This document shows positions 26,011-39,656 of a DNA stretch of 64,000 bases, piece after piece. Source of the DNA: Torpedo marmorata (lineage: Eukaryota); NCBI GenBank assembly GCA_977017645.1, contig OZ360229.1, forward strand, positions 11,904,001-11,968,000, given 5' to 3'. The translations under genes were made by a program, and so were the position numbers. Below the pieces are notes generated by a model. It was not told the DNA's origin, searched no databases, and saw nothing but the letters and a program-made list of their open reading frames with translations. Every line of letters begins with the position of its first letter. The stretch's first letter is position 1.

Positions 26011-26207
26011 CAACAAAACTGGTATCTGGCACCTATGGGGATTGGTAGATGCCGGATAAGTGAATTTTTCAGTTGCTTGTGATTGTATGTTGCGTGATTG
26101 GCAAACTAACGGCGAGGCGCATCAACTTTAAACTTCCGTATTTTTACGTATTTATTTTCTGCAATTTTTTTGCCAGTTGCTTGAATTCCAGATAACGGGT
26201 TTTACTG
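26011..26207. mobile_element. Tigger/pogo-like MITE
   Basis: TA|caacaaaactggtatctgg ... ccagataacgggttttactg|TA. Confidence 0.7.
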
Positions 26208-27568
26208 TATTAACCAGCAGATGAAGGGTCCTTTATTTAAACAAGGAACATTAAGCAATTTTCTTCTGCTGTTTTGACTAAAGTGTTCCATTTGACAAGA
26301 TAGAATTTGCAGATAAGGCATATCCAAATCTTAACAAATTTCAGGACAGCAGAATTTCTTAATTTTTCAGATTTTTAAAGAAGAGTTCTTGGCAGGTACA
26401 AGCCAAGTTGCATCTTCTGGTTTGCATTTCTTCCTTCAGCTTTAGCTTGTGCTCCCTAAGAGGCCATTCCATAAGTATACCAAGCTTCCCAAAAATCAAA
26501 AGAAATATTCTTATTTGTGCTAAAAGATGCAAAGCCCAAAATTACCCAAGACTATACAGCAAAATGTAGCTCAAGGATGCCTTGGTGACAATTCCTTCAA
26601 CTCCCTTGCCCAGGGCATCTTTGAAATACATCAGACTGCAAAACAACATTTCTTATTAAATAGCACACAAATGCAAAATTAAGTGTACGATTATTAAGAA
26701 CAGAAACAAAAGTTCAGAACATGGGTGATTGCACCCCACACACAGATTTTAATTTATGGTCACAAATTACCGGTATATAAATAAAGTGGTCGTTAAATTT
26801 GTTCCAGAAATTGAATCTTCTGGATCAAGACCTCAGAGCTGATGTAACAATGTGTGGGGATATGACCAGTCACAAACAAATGCCATCACATTCAAGCAGA
26901 TTTGTTGTAGGCTAAAACCCTAAATTGTTCATTATATTCTATGCACAATTAGCCAGTTGTCTATTACTTGGCATTTAAACAGCACATCCCTGCTTTTAGA
27001 TATTGACTTTATTTCCATGTCCATTCCTATACACTTTATCGACCCAATTCTGGGAGCTACTGAGATACAAGTTTCTGCAATAATGTACAAACATACAGAA
27101 TACTGCAGTCATTGAAATTTTGTTTGCTGTATTTACAAATATCAGTGGCTAGGGTCCAATTATTGATTCACAATTTTAAAATTGAACACTGGCTTTATTG
27201 TTCCAGCTTGTAATCAATATTTTACTCTACTCGTCTCCACATTTAGATCATGCACCATACTTTCCTGAGAGACAATTTCTCATTCCCAAGGTACTGCTCC
27301 CACCACAATGCTTTCTCCTTTCATCTCCATCAATACTTAAACTGTCTTCAGAGCACCTTTCCATGCAAACACAAACACTTGCCCTTTCACCTCTTTCCTG
27401 CCACTCATGGATCTAAACACACTTTCAGGTGAAGCAGTGACTTAACTGTACTACTTTCAATTTAATATATTGCATTGTGTTTGTGTCATCTCCAATACAT
27501 CTGGTAAACTACATGCAAATTGGTCAACACTTCCATTCTGTCTCCAAGTGTGACCACAGTGTCACTTT

Positions 27569-27844
27569 AACCCCTTTTACACAGCCGTTAAAAGATGGGA
27601 ATTAATCGCCTTTTAACTGCTTCACTTACCTGTGTGAACGCAACGAATGCGGGATGGGGGTAATTTTCATCCCACGTATTACCCGCCAAGGTAGATAGTA
27701 TCAGAGCCGATGCGTTTCGCATCGGCTCCTGTCTAAAAGGCGCACTGACCTGGTTTTTCTTGGTTCAGTGTGAACGACCCGAGCTGGCTTTAAAGACGGG
27801 TCGTTCACACGCCAATTAAGTGGGATCGCTGTGTAAAAGAGGTA
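27569..27844. mobile_element. Short TIR element (MITE), possibly Harbinger-like
   Basis: TIRs accccttttacacagc and gctgtgtaaaagaggt, with internal GTGTGAACG/CGTTCACAC motifs. It sits next to a decayed PLE fragment (about 27170-27560). Confidence 0.65.
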
Positions 27845-28242
27845 TTTAATACTCAATCTCACTATAACCTCTGCAATTGACCTCATGAGCAGAGCATGAG
27901 CATTTCCTTCTGACTTGGAATACAAATCTTGTCTTGGATCTTAACATTTTCAGATAAAGTCATACAAACCTTGCATCAAATTTTTAGAAATTAATTTTTC
28001 CTGAAGTAGTTTCAGATTTAATTCATCGGCTATTTAGAGCAACTCCACACCGTCATTCCAAGTGTCATTCAAATCTCTTCACCTGTCCATCAGCAACTTT
28101 TCCTGGTTCTAAGTTAACTACAGTAGTTAACTACATAGCTGTCGGACCCGAGTATCTTCAGCATTTTCCATTTTATTTCAGAGTTCCAGCACGTGCAACA
28201 TTATTTTTATATCAAAGCGACCAAAATTAGTGCATTAGCGTA

Positions 28243-28870
28243 TGGTCAAGAACTTCAAATTCTTGGGTGTCAACATCTCTGAGGATCTGACCAGGAGCCT
28301 CCATGTCGATACAATCACGAAGAAGGCTCACCAGCGGCTATACAGTACTTCGTTAGGAGTTTGAGGAGATTTGGTATGTCACCAAAGACTCTTGCAAATT
28401 TCTACAGGTGTGCCGTGGAGAGCATTCTGGCTGGTTGCATCACTGATTGGCACGGATGTGCCAACGCTCAGGACAAGAAAAAACTCCAGAGTTGTGAACT
28501 CGGCCAGCAACATCACGGGCACCAGTCTTCACTCCATCGAGGACATCTACAAGAGGCGGTGTCTTAAGAAAGGAGCCTCTATCCTCAAAGACCCCCACCA
28601 CCCAGGCCATGCCCTCTTCATTCTGCTACCATCGGGAAAAAGGTACAGGAGCCTGAAGACGAGCACTCAGTGGCACAAGGACAGCTTCTTCCCCTCTGCC
28701 ATCAGATTCCTGAATGAATAATGAACCACAGACACTGCCTTACTTTGACTTTTTCTTTTTCTTGCACTATTTTTATTTATTTTGTGAGGTGGTTTATATG
28801 AATGTTTGCACTGTGATGCTGCTGCAAAACAATGAATTTTGTGACATGTTCATGACAATACATTCTGATT
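28243..28870 (+). mobile_element. Rex1/Babar-like LINE 3' fragment
   Basis: ORFs 28361..28567 and 28371..28721 (ILKDPHHPGHALF.LLPSGKRYRSLK...SFFPSAIRFLN); ends ...ttctgatt. Confidence 0.9.
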
Positions 28871-30398
28871 AGATTTATAATTTCAGAGCCCTGAAATTCT
28901 AGGGTTTCAGACCTAGAAAAGCAAAAGGCTTATTGTAATGTGTGAATAACAAAACATTATAAAAGTAGAGCTTTTGAACAATTTCAGACCAGAGTACAAT
29001 TTAACTGCAAATATGGCATATTATTAGAGTGCAGCCAATTGTAATGCAAGCATTTGTTTTCTATTTATAAATTATGACCTACTTTAGTTATCCGCAACCA
29101 AAACACCTACAAATGGTGCTTTGTGCAAATTGAACTTCTACCTGCTCTCTTCAGATGCAAACATGAAACTAAATGGCAAGATGTGAAATATGCTAAGAAA
29201 GTCTCAGAAACAAGCATTTCAAACTTTGTGCAATTAGTCAAAAGGCACCGGCATTCTAGACACCACACAAGGAAACTTCAACACCTTTTGCCACCCACAT
29301 CTTTGCATTCATATCATTTTGCAAGATGTGGATTTCAGGCTTCTACTTTTGCCATCCCAAAACAGTAAATTAACATTTAACAATAATCTTTCAGGCATTT
29401 AGAGGTTTTTTTTATATAAAAAGAATTATTTTCCTCAATGAGAAAGTTTTTAGGTGAACAGTATGCCACTGAATGCAGTTACTATTATCTCTGGGTCTGT
29501 CAAAATAAACACGAGTCAATTTTCTTTGAAAGCATTTAGAATCGTCAATTTTCTCTTAATCTTTCATAGTTACCGCCAGCTTGTATAAAGCAGACATTGA
29601 TAAGTGAACAGTGTGGGATGATATTGTACCAGGATATCAAAGATAACACATTGCTGTGTCAGGGTTACTCAACACATTTGCTGGCAAAACTCAAATGTAT
29701 TATATTTACAACTCTGTGACTATAGAATTTGCATGTTCAAAGTCAAGCTCAAGGTACCTTTAAGGTCCAGCCTATGATGCAGTGATTAATATTCATGTGA
29801 ACACAAAGTAACAAACAGTCTTAAATATGAAAATACTCGTAGTGAAACACGAAAGTCTGCAGACGCTGTGATTGTAGTAAAAATACAAAATTGCTGGAGG
29901 AACTCAGCAGGTATCGCAGGGTCCATAGGCCAAAAATGTCAGTTACATATCTTTATCTCCTATGTTTTTAATACTCGTACATGCCCTTCCATTTTGTAGG
30001 GGCCATGAAACAGTTTTGTTCGCAAACAATCCATTGTGCCGAGCAACCATACACAATTTAGTTAGCCCATTACTTGAAAGAAAAGCTCTAATGAAATGTG
30101 ACTGACCAGAGACCTCACTCAGCCAGATAAAAGCAGAATATAGAAGTAGAAAACAAAAATAAGCTTGCCACGTGAACCTGCTTGAAAGGAGAAAGAAACG
30201 GAAAGGTGATGGGGAGAAAGAGGCACGGGGCTAAGAAAGATAACCCTCTGATACAAGAAAGGTAAAGGGTGGTGATCTAGAGTAAGGGTGACATAGGATG
30301 AGGGTGGAGACCAGGGAAAATAATGGAAATTGGAGATGTGCAGAAAATAGTGGAGATGTGGGTGAGGGCCGAGTTCATGGCAGTGGAGGGGAACCCAT

Positions 30399-30411
30399 TA
30401 TGTTTTTTTGT

Positions 30412-30447
<36 letters not shown>

Positions 30448-31378
30448 CACAGCCGCTGCGTTCTGGGAAATTATTCCCATTTTCCCAGAACGCAAGCTGT
30501 GTAAAAAGCACGGAACGGGAATGAGGGTGCCATTCCAGTTCCGACTTTTTACCTCCTTGAACCCATGTCATTTTCCCGGAACGGCTGCAGTCTAAACTGC
30601 ACTGCAGGCATTCCGGGACCAACTCGGGTCAAAGTGTATTGTGTACTGTAATTTTTTTCGTATATTCGTAATTTTTTTTTAGTGCTGCTGCTCTCTCCTG
30701 CAGCCCGCTGTCCCGGCGGTCTGCTGCCTGCTCTCTCCCACGACCCGCTGTCCCGGCGGTTCGCTGCCTGCTCTCTGTTGCTGTGGGCCACTAAGCCTAA
30801 CCCCAACCATAGCCCTAACCCTATCCCAAATCCCACAACTAACCCTAAGGTCACCCACTATGCAGACAATAAACTTACCCCAGGACATATCAAAATGCAC
30901 AACTGATCCCACTAAGAGCTAGAAACAGGCACAGGGTAATGAAAGCATGGGCCAACCAAAAGTGGCAGTTTAGTAACACAGAACCTCAGAGAGGAGACCA
31001 GTGAATGCAAGAGGGACTCGTCTCTCACGGACCTAACACTTTCTCAACACAACAATGACCAGTGCGGGAACCGACAGCGTTACTGTCGGCGTTACTCACC
31101 ATTATCACCCTAATTTCAACCTGGCATATAAAACCGGGGAAATATTTTTGAGCCATTGTTTTGGGAAAAACAAGTGGGTCTAACATGCCGTCAAATACAG
31201 TATGTTATACGTGACATTAGACGCAGACGCCAACGCTGTTGAGTTACACGTCCCGCCCCTTTTGTTCGCGGAATGCCAGTATGCTGTCTGAAATCGCGGA
31301 CAGAAACGGAGACCAATGCCGGAATAACGGAGACTCTTCATAACAGTAAAATCCTGCGAAATCTGTGTAAAAATCATA
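30399..31378. mobile_element. Unclassified TIR element with CCTAAC-type repeats, inserted in a minus-strand PLE fragment (30250-31600)
   Basis: Ends tatg-T(n)-acacacacag and ctgtgtaaaaatcata. The flanks rejoin into PLE RT sequence (minus strand ...GFPSTAMNSALT; 31390-31480 is antisense-similar to 14229-14295). Confidence 0.6.
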
Positions 31379-31699
31379 CGTTTACTGAAGGAGCACAGGT
31401 CCTGGAATGGAAAGCTTCATCCTGGGAGCCGATGTGGCAGACACTGAGGAATTGAGAGAAAGCAATAGAATCCTAACAAGAAATAGGATGGGAAGAGATG
31501 TAGTCAAGGTAATTGTGAGCCAGTGGGTTTATAGATGTCAGTAGATAGTTTGTTTACCAACACGGAGAAAGAGGGAGAAAGGGGAGAGAGCATGGTTACA
31601 GCAGAAGCTATTTCTTCAAGCTGGGGTTTTGAACCAGAATGTGGTTTTAGGATTAAAGGGAGAGCCATTAACATTGACTATGCTTCCTTTTTTTTTAAT

Positions 31700-34600
31700 A
31701 TATACTGAAAGGTTTGGTGAGTGTCAGGAGCTGTGCTTTGTTACAGGGGACTTTAAAAGCAAAGCAAGTGGCAATTGGTTGGAGCCTGTGCTGTAGATAG
31801 AGCAAACAGCATATACAAAGGGATGTTTAAGCAGAGCAGCCTTTGTTGGAATGGCCAGTGTGCGAGTAGCCCAGGGTAGGAGTGGAGAGTTAGAGGCTTT
31901 GGCTTGAGAGGCTTCAGCAAGCAGAAGCTGAGGACATGCTACTGGTAAGGTCAGGTAAGATCTTTTCATAATAACCCAGAGTAGGTGGTGGAGATGGCAG
32001 CTAGGGCAGTGGTATGCTCCAACTGCCGGATGTGGGATATCTGGGACAGCATGTGTCCCTGATGATTTCACCTGCAAGAGGTCCATTCAGCTTCAGCTCC
32101 TTACACACCCGTGTTTGGGAACAGAGGGAGTGATAAACAGAAGCTACAAGGAGACAGTCATACCCAAGAGGCAAGAGACCAACCAGTAATTGGGTGACTG
32201 TCAGGAAGGGGAATAAGCAGTCAGCGCAAAGCACCCGTGGCCGTTCCCCTCAGCAACAAGTATACCCCTTTGGACACTGCTGGGAGAGGGGGGTGGTGGG
32301 GAAAAAGGGAGGATGACCTATCTGGGCAAGGCAGCAGCCAGGGCAATAGCACTGCGGTCAGCTCTGAGCCTCAGAACGGATGGGTGAAATCAGGCACAGC
32401 AATAGTCATAGGGTACTCAATAGTTTGGGGATCAGATGTGGGATTCTGTGGCTGCAAAAGAAACTCCGGGATAGTGCGTTGCCTCCCAGGTGCTCAGGTC
32501 GAGGATGTCCCCGAGCGGTTGCAGAATATTCTTAAGGGGGAGGGTGAGCAACCAGATGTCGTGGTACATATTAGTACCAATGACATACGCAGGAGTGGGG
32601 TAGAGGTCCTGTAAAGCAAGTTTAGGGAGTTAGGAAAAGAGGCTGAAAAGCAGGACCTCCAAGGTGGTAATCTCTGGATTACTCCCGGTGCCACGGGCTA
32701 GGGAAGGTCAGAACAGGAAGATATGAGTGGCTGATGAGATGGTACAGGGGGCAGGGTTTCAGGTTCTTGGATCATTGGAACCTTTTCTGCAGAAGGGGTG
32801 ACCTGTACAAGTGGGACGTGTTGCACCTGAACTCGAGGGGAACCAATATCTTGGCAGGGAGGTTTGCTAATGCTGTTCAGGGGGGGGGGGGGCTAAACTA
32901 AATTCACAGGGGAATGGGAACCAAAGTGAAGAGGAAGAGGTGGTTGGTGCACATGTAGAGATAGCTGGTAGAGAGTTTGTGTGGAAGGACAGGCAGATAG
33001 GACAAAATTGTAGCCATGGGGATGAATGAGTTGTAATGCAACAGGGAAACAGTGAAAAAAAAAGTAACAAATACAGGGCTAAAAGTTTTGTATTTAAATG
33101 CACACAGTATAAGAAATAAAGTGGATGACCTTGTAGTACAACTACAGATTGGCAAGTATGATGTTGTGGCCATCAGAGTCATGGCTCAAGGATAGAAGTC
33201 ATTGAGATCTGAATGTCAAAGGATACAGTGTATCGAAAGGATAGGCAGGTAAGCTGAGGGGGCAGCGTGGCTCTTTGGGTAAGGAATAACATTAAATCAT
33301 TAGAAAGAGGTGACATATACATTAGAAGATATAGAATCATTGTGGGTTGAGTTAAGAAATGGCAAGAGTAAAAGGACACTGTTGGCAGTTATATACAGAT
33401 CTCCAAACAGTAGCCAGGATGTGGCAACAAATTAGAACAGCAAATAGAAAGGGCATGTCAGAAGAGCAATGTTATGGTAGTCATGAGGGATTTTAACACA
33501 CAAGTAGATTGGGAAAACCAGGTTGGGACTGATCAAGAGAATTTTGTAGAATACCTACGAGATGGCTTTTTTGAGCATTTTGTTGTTGAGCCACGAGGAG
33601 CCTGGCTGTACTGGATTGGGTGTTGTGTGATGCACAAGCAGCAATTAGAGAGCTTAGAGAAAAGGAACTATTAGGGGGCAGTGATCACAACATGATAGAG
33701 TTTAATTTGAGATTTAACAAGGAAAAGCCGAAGTCAAATGTGTCGGTATTTCAGTGGAGTGAAGGGAATTAGTGGCATGAGAGGAACTGGCCAAAGTATA
33801 TTGGAAGGGGGCACTAGTAGGGAGGACAGCAGAGCAGCAATGGGTGGAGTTTCTGCGACAAATGAGGAAGGTGCAGGATAAATACACACCAAAAAGAGGA
33901 AATATTCAAATGGAAAATTGTCACAACTGTCGAGGGAAGTCAAAGCCAATGCAAAAGCAAAAGAGAGGGCATATAAGGAAGCAAAAATTAGTGGGAAGAT
34001 AGAGGATTGGAAAGTTTTTAAAAACTCGCAGAAGGCAACTAAAAAACTCATAAGGAGGGAAAAGATGAAGTATGAAAGTAGGCTAGCAAATAATATCAGA
34101 GGACACAAAAAGCTGCTTCAAGTATATAAAGAGTAAAGGAGAGGTGAGAGTAGATATAGGACCGCTGAAGAAATAATAACAGGAGATAAGGAGATGGCAT
34201 AGGATCAAAATGAGTATTTTGAATGAGCCTTCACTGTGGAAGACTTTAGCAGTGTGCTGGATGTGCAAGGGAATCAGGGAAGCGTGCAGTTACTATTTCA
34301 ATGGATAAGGTGCTCAGAATGCTGATAGTCTAAGGGTGGACAAGTCTCCTGGACGAGATGGATTGAACCCTCAGGTTCTGAAAGGAGTAGCAGTAGAGAT
34401 TATGGAGGCATTGGTAATGATCTTTCAGGAATCAATAGATTCTGGTGTGGTCCCAGAGGAGAGGAAAATTGTAAACGTCACCCCACTATTCAAGGGAGGA
34501 AGGCAGCAGAAAGGAAATTATAGACCGATTAGTCTGACATCAGTGTTTGGGAAAATGTTGGAGTTGAATGTCAAGGTTACAGAGTACTTGGAGGCACATG

Positions 34601-37242
34601 ACAAGATAGACCAAAGCCAGCATGGTTTCCTTAAGGGAAAATCTTGCTTGACAAACCTACTGGAATTCTTTGAACTGCCAAGTGGTAAAATATTGGAGTC
34701 GATCCTCAAGGATGAAATACCTCGAGGTGAATGACATGATAGGTCCAAGCCAGCATGGTTTCATGAAGGGAAGATCATGCCTGACCAACCTATTGGAATT
34801 TTTTGAGGTAATCTCAGGTAGGATGGTCAAGGGAGAGGCTGTGGATGTTGTGTATTTGGATTTTCAAAAGGACTTTGATAAGGTGTCGCATAAGAGGCTG
34901 TTTAATAAGATGAGAGCCCATGGAATTACGGGAAAGATATTAGATTGGGTGGAGCATTGGCTGATAGGCAGGAAGCAAAGGGTGGGAATAAAGGGATCCT
35001 GTTCTGGTCGGTTGCCGGTTACTAGTGGTGTTCCGCAAGGGTCGGTGTTGGGGCCGCTTCTTTTTACAATGTATATTGATGATTTAGATTACGGATTGAA
35101 TGGTTTTATGGCTAAGTTTGCAGGTGACACCAAGGTAGGTGGTGGAGTAAGAAGTGTTGAAGAAAGGTTGCAGAGAGATTTGGACAGCTTAGGACAGTGG
35201 GCAAAGAAATGGCAGATGAGATACAATGTTGAGAAATGCACGGTTGTACATTTTGGAAGAGGAAATAAACAGGTAGATTATTATTTGGATGGGGAGAAAA
35301 TTCAAAATTCAGAAATGCAAAGGGACTTGGGGGTCCTCGTGCAGGATAACCTAAAGGTTAACTACCAGGTTGGATCGGCAATAATGAAAGCGAATGCTAT
35401 GTTGGCATTCATTTCAAGAGGAATAGTGTATAAGAGTAAAGAGGTGTTGATGAGGCTCTATGCGGCACTGGTGAGACCTCATTTGTGCAGTTTTGGGCCC
35501 CTTATCTTAGAAGGGATGTAATAATGTTGGAGAGAGTACAGAGAAGATTTACCAGGATGATTCCTGGAATGCAAGGGCTAACATATGAGGAACGTTTAGC
35601 AGCTCTTGGACTGTATTCATTGGAGTATAGAAGAATGAGAGGGGATCTCAGAAAAATTTCGAATACTGAAAGGATTGGACAGAGTAGATGGAAATAAGAT
35701 GTTTCCCTTGGTGGGTGAATCCAGGACAAGAGGGCACAGTCTTAGAATTAGAAGGTACCCATTTGGAATCAAGATGAGGAGGAATTTCTTTAGCCAGAGG
35801 GTCGTGGATTTGTGAAATTCGTTGCCACATACAGCTGTGGAGGCCCGATCATTGGGGGATTTTAAGGAGGAGATTGATAGGTATCTGACTGGTCAGGGAT
35901 CAAGGGATATGGGGAAAAGGCCAGAAATTGGAATTAGATGCGAGAACAGTTTAGCTCAGGGTGGAGTTGCGGAGCAGACTCGATGGGCCAAATGGCCTAC
36001 TTCTGTTCCTTTATTTTGTGATCTTGTGACAAGCAGGTTAGATAAAGGAGATTCAGTGAATGTTGTGTATTTGGATTTTCAGAAGGCCTTTGACAAGGTG
36101 CCACACACGAGACTACTTAACAAAAGCCCATGTTATAACAAGAAATGTACTCGTGTGGGTAGAGCATTGGCTGATTGGCAGGAAGCAGAGTCTGAATACA
36201 GGGATCATATTCTGGTTTGCTGCCAGTTGCTAGTGGGGTTGCACAGGGGTCAGTATTGGGGCTGCTTCTTTTTACCTTGGAAATCAATTACCGTATTTAG
36301 ATTATAGAATAAATGGTTTTGTGGCCAAGTTTGCAGATGATACGAAGGTAGCTGGTGGAGCAGGTAGTGTTGAGGAAACCGGGAGGCTGCAGAAGGAAAG
36401 ACAGATTAGGAAAATGGGCAAAGTGGTAAATGAAATACAATATCAGAAAGTGTATGGTCATGCACTTTGTTAGAAGAAATAAATGGCCAGACTAATTTTT
36501 AAATGGGGAAAAAATTGAAAATTCCCAGATGCAAAGGAACCTGGGAGTCCTCATGCAGGATAGCCTGAAGGTAAACTTGCAGGTTGTGTCAGTAGTGAAT
36601 GCAAATGCAATGCTGGCATAAATTTCAAGAGGAATAGAATAAAAGACTAAGGATGTGATGTTGAGGCTTTAAAAGGCACCGGTGACACCTCTCTTGGAGT
36701 ATTGTGAGCAGTTTTGGGCTCCTCATTTAAGAAAGGATGTGCTGACGTTGGAGGAGGTTCAGGAGGTTCACAAGGATGATTCTGGGAATGAAAGGGTTAT
36801 CATATGAGGAACGCTTGACAGATCTTGGCCTGTATTCACTGGAATTTAGAATGAGAGGGGATCTCATTGAAACATTTCAAATGTTGAAAGGCACGGACAG
36901 AGTAGATTAAGGTTGTTTCCCATGGTGGGAGAGTTTAGGACAAGAGGGCACAACTTCAGGATTGAAAGGCATCCACTGTGGACAGAGATGCGGAGGAATT
37001 TCTTTCGTCAAAGGATGGCGAATCTGTGTAATTTATTGCCACAGGTGGTTGTTGAGGCCAGGTCATTGGGTGTATTTAAGGGAGTGATTGATAAGCTCTT
37101 GATTAGCCAGGGCATCAAACGTCATGGGGAGAAGGCCGGGCAGTGGGGCTGAGTGGGAAAATGGATCAGCTCATGATTGAATGGCAGGGCAGACTCAATG
37201 GGCTGAATAGCCTATTTCTGCTCCTCCGTCTCATGGTCTTGT
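31700..37242 (+). mobile_element. Near full-length decayed CR1 LINE (ORF1 zinc finger and SGNH esterase; ORF2 APE-RT)
   Basis: ORF 32237..32614 AIVIG.SIV...CLPGA.V...VVVHISTNDI is an SGNH/GDSL motif of CR1 ORF1. RT motifs DKSPG.DG.NP, NYRPISLTS and VYLDFQKAFDKV; C-terminus RTRGHN.RI...RRNFF. The 5' boundary is approximate. Confidence 0.9.
34675..36028 (+). mobile_element. Second, 5'-truncated CR1 nested inside the CR1 RT region
   Basis: ORF 34670..35521 (QHGF.KGRSCLTNLLEFF...GVPQGSVLGPLLF..YIDDL) has its own 3' UTR and TCTTGTGA-type tail at 36015-36029. The host resumes as TSRLDKGDSVNVVYLDFQKAF. Confidence 0.85.
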
Positions 37243-37269
37243 AGGATCAAGAAGGAGAAACTAAGGGCA

Positions 37270-38210
37270 TGGCTTACCTGGATTTTCAGAAGTTTTCCAG
37301 ATGGTCCTACAAGCACATTTGATCAACAAACACATGGACTAAGGGGTAATGCATTAATGTGGATTGATAGTTGGTAACTGGACAAGACAGCAAAGCAGGA
37401 CTAAACTGTTCTTTCTCAAGATAGGAGGCAGGAACAAGTGCAATATTGCAGTGATCAATGTTTGGGTCCCAGCTGTTCACCATGAACAGACATAGCTACG
37501 GGATGAAATATCACATTTACAAGATTACTAATGATATTAAGTCGATGGGATTGTGATTATAGAGGATGTAAAGAGCTGTCAACAAGGTATGGCATGCTGA
37601 ACTGGTGAGCAAAGACATGGTGGATGGAATATACAAATGTGAGACATGCATTTTGGTGCCATTTACAAAAAAAACATTTTTGTTAAATGATTAAAAATTT
37701 GGCGATGTTCAAAGGTGCTCAGACAAGTCACTGAAAGCCACCATGCAGTTGTAGCAAACAATTAGGAAGACAAATGCTGTGTTAGCCTATATTACAAAAG
37801 GGTTTGATTACTGAAATTTTATTGCAATTGTATGTGTCCTTAGTGATAACACACCAGAAATAGCAAATACAGTTGTGGTCTTTTACCGTTGAGAGACTGC
37901 AAAGGTTCACAGGATTGGGTCCAAAGTTGGCAGATTTAGTAGACTGGATCTGTATCCTCGAGTTTATAAAAATGAAAGGAGAAAGCATTGAAATTTACGA
38001 AATTCTAAAATTTTGCATGGAAGGGTAGATACAAGGAGGTTTCCCTTGACTGAATCCAAGGCCAGAGACAGTGCAGGAAAGGACATTTAGGACTGACATA
38101 AATGGCAATGGTGATGAGAATGAGTGGGAACCTTTTGACTTTTCTCTCTATACATCAGTCATAATGCTCATTCAGAAGAGATCAGTAGATTTCTGCACAT
38201 TAAGAGCTGG
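37270..38210 (+). mobile_element. Older, highly decayed CR1 RT fragment
   Basis: Degenerate matches to CR1 RT (ggattttcagaag; caattaggaagacaaatgctgtgttagcc; gcaaaggttcacagg). Confidence 0.6.
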
Positions 38211-38367
38211 GGACAGTGCTGAAAAATGATGAGGGGCAAGGACAGCTGATACACTATGATCCTGAGGGGCAAGGGCAGTTGATGCACTGTGATCCCAAGA
38301 GTAAACTTAATTGGGCTGTATTGAGTTCTCCCTTTCTTCAAGAGGAAGACCGTTGGAATTTTAATTT

Positions 38368-38605
38368 TTTTTTCAATTTGGACAAGCAGCAGGGTAACAG
38401 GCCCTTCTGGCCCATGAGCCCGTGCCTCCCAAATACTCGAATTAACCTACAACCCCTGTATGCTTTGAAAGGTGGGAGGAAACCAGAGCACCCAGAGGAA
38501 ACTTACACAGACATGGGGAGAACATACAAAACTCCCTACTGACAGCACTAGATTCAAACCTGGGTTGATGGCGCCATAAGAGCGCTGTGCTAACCATGCT
38601 GCCCA
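38368..38605 (-). mobile_element. V-SINE copy
   Basis: Antisense of the SINE at 6563-7415: ggtaacaggcccttctggcccatgagcccgtgc...gggaggaaaccagagcacccagaggaa...gattcaaacc. Confidence 0.8.
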
Positions 38606-38900
38606 TTTTCTGCTCCTCTACCTATGAAGCTGTCGATAGTCAATTTTCAACAGATTTTTGGGTTCCAACAAAATCAAGGTATGCAGGAGTCAGTTGGAAA
38701 AGTGGCATCTAAGAATCAGGATTAGTTGAAAACTTGTGATTAGCACAAGCCAGCTCTAATGGCTAATTTTCTGCACTTGTTCCTGCTTGTATTTTGGATC
38801 AAGCAGTGTTTAGTGCCATGTCACAATGAAGCTGCTATATGTGCATGAAGAAACAGAAGTAAACAGCAGCATTAGTGATCGCAACTTCCCTCCACTAGAG

Positions 38901-39146
38901 CAGTGGTTCTCAACCAGTGGGCCACAGCGGGTTTCCATGAGGGTCTTTAAAAATGTTAAAATACTTTAAATCATATAAAGATGTGTTTCTTACAGAGCTG
39001 CCTTTGACTTGAAAATATTGCTCAGTCGTTGCCACTAGTGGGCCATGGCATGTTAGGCCAGAAGCCAGGTGGGCCTTAGACCGAAAAAGGTAAACATAGG
39101 CCGGAAGCCAGGTGGGCCTTAGACCGAAAGAGGTCGAGAACCACTA
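38901..39146. mobile_element. Non-autonomous hAT (Charlie-like) element
   Basis: TIRs CAGTGGTTCTCAACC and GGTCGAGAACCACTA; 8-bp TSD CACTAGAG at 38893-38900 and 39147-39154; internal duplication of about 43 bp at 39054-39135. Confidence 0.9.
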
Positions 39147-39656
39147 CACTAGAGTATTCATCAGAAACCAGTGATCCAGCACACATACAAACTCTGATAA
39201 AGAAAAAAGTTCAGAAGGGTTATGTCTTGTTGCAGGAAATGCAAATGAGTTATTACATTTACTGAGTCAGAAGTGCTACTTATCAAACCCCTGAGCTAAA
39301 GAGCCAAACCTTTGGATTGCAATTAATTCCAAAGTAGGTTATGACATTAAAATAACTGATATTTCAACTTCTACATTAAACTTGTACTGGACATAATATA
39401 CTCGCGTGCCAACTAAAATTTAAAACTTGATCAGCTGCTCACCCTGCTTGAGAAGAATGCTGGATGTCAAGAATAAATAAAGCTGCTCATGGTCAATAAA
39501 CGAGAGAGAAATCCTTGAAAACTACAAATTTCTTGAAATTTTCAAGCAAGGTGCCCAGCACCAAATCAGTTTGCTTACTGAAAAAGCCAGAACATTAATT
39601 CTTCCTATTCGCAGATGCTGCACAGGTTGACCATTTTCCATGAAATTTTAAAAGCA

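Noticed and set aside
30795-30850. Interstitial telomere
   Set aside because: Short, degenerate and internal to a TIR element; not a (TTAGGG)n tract.
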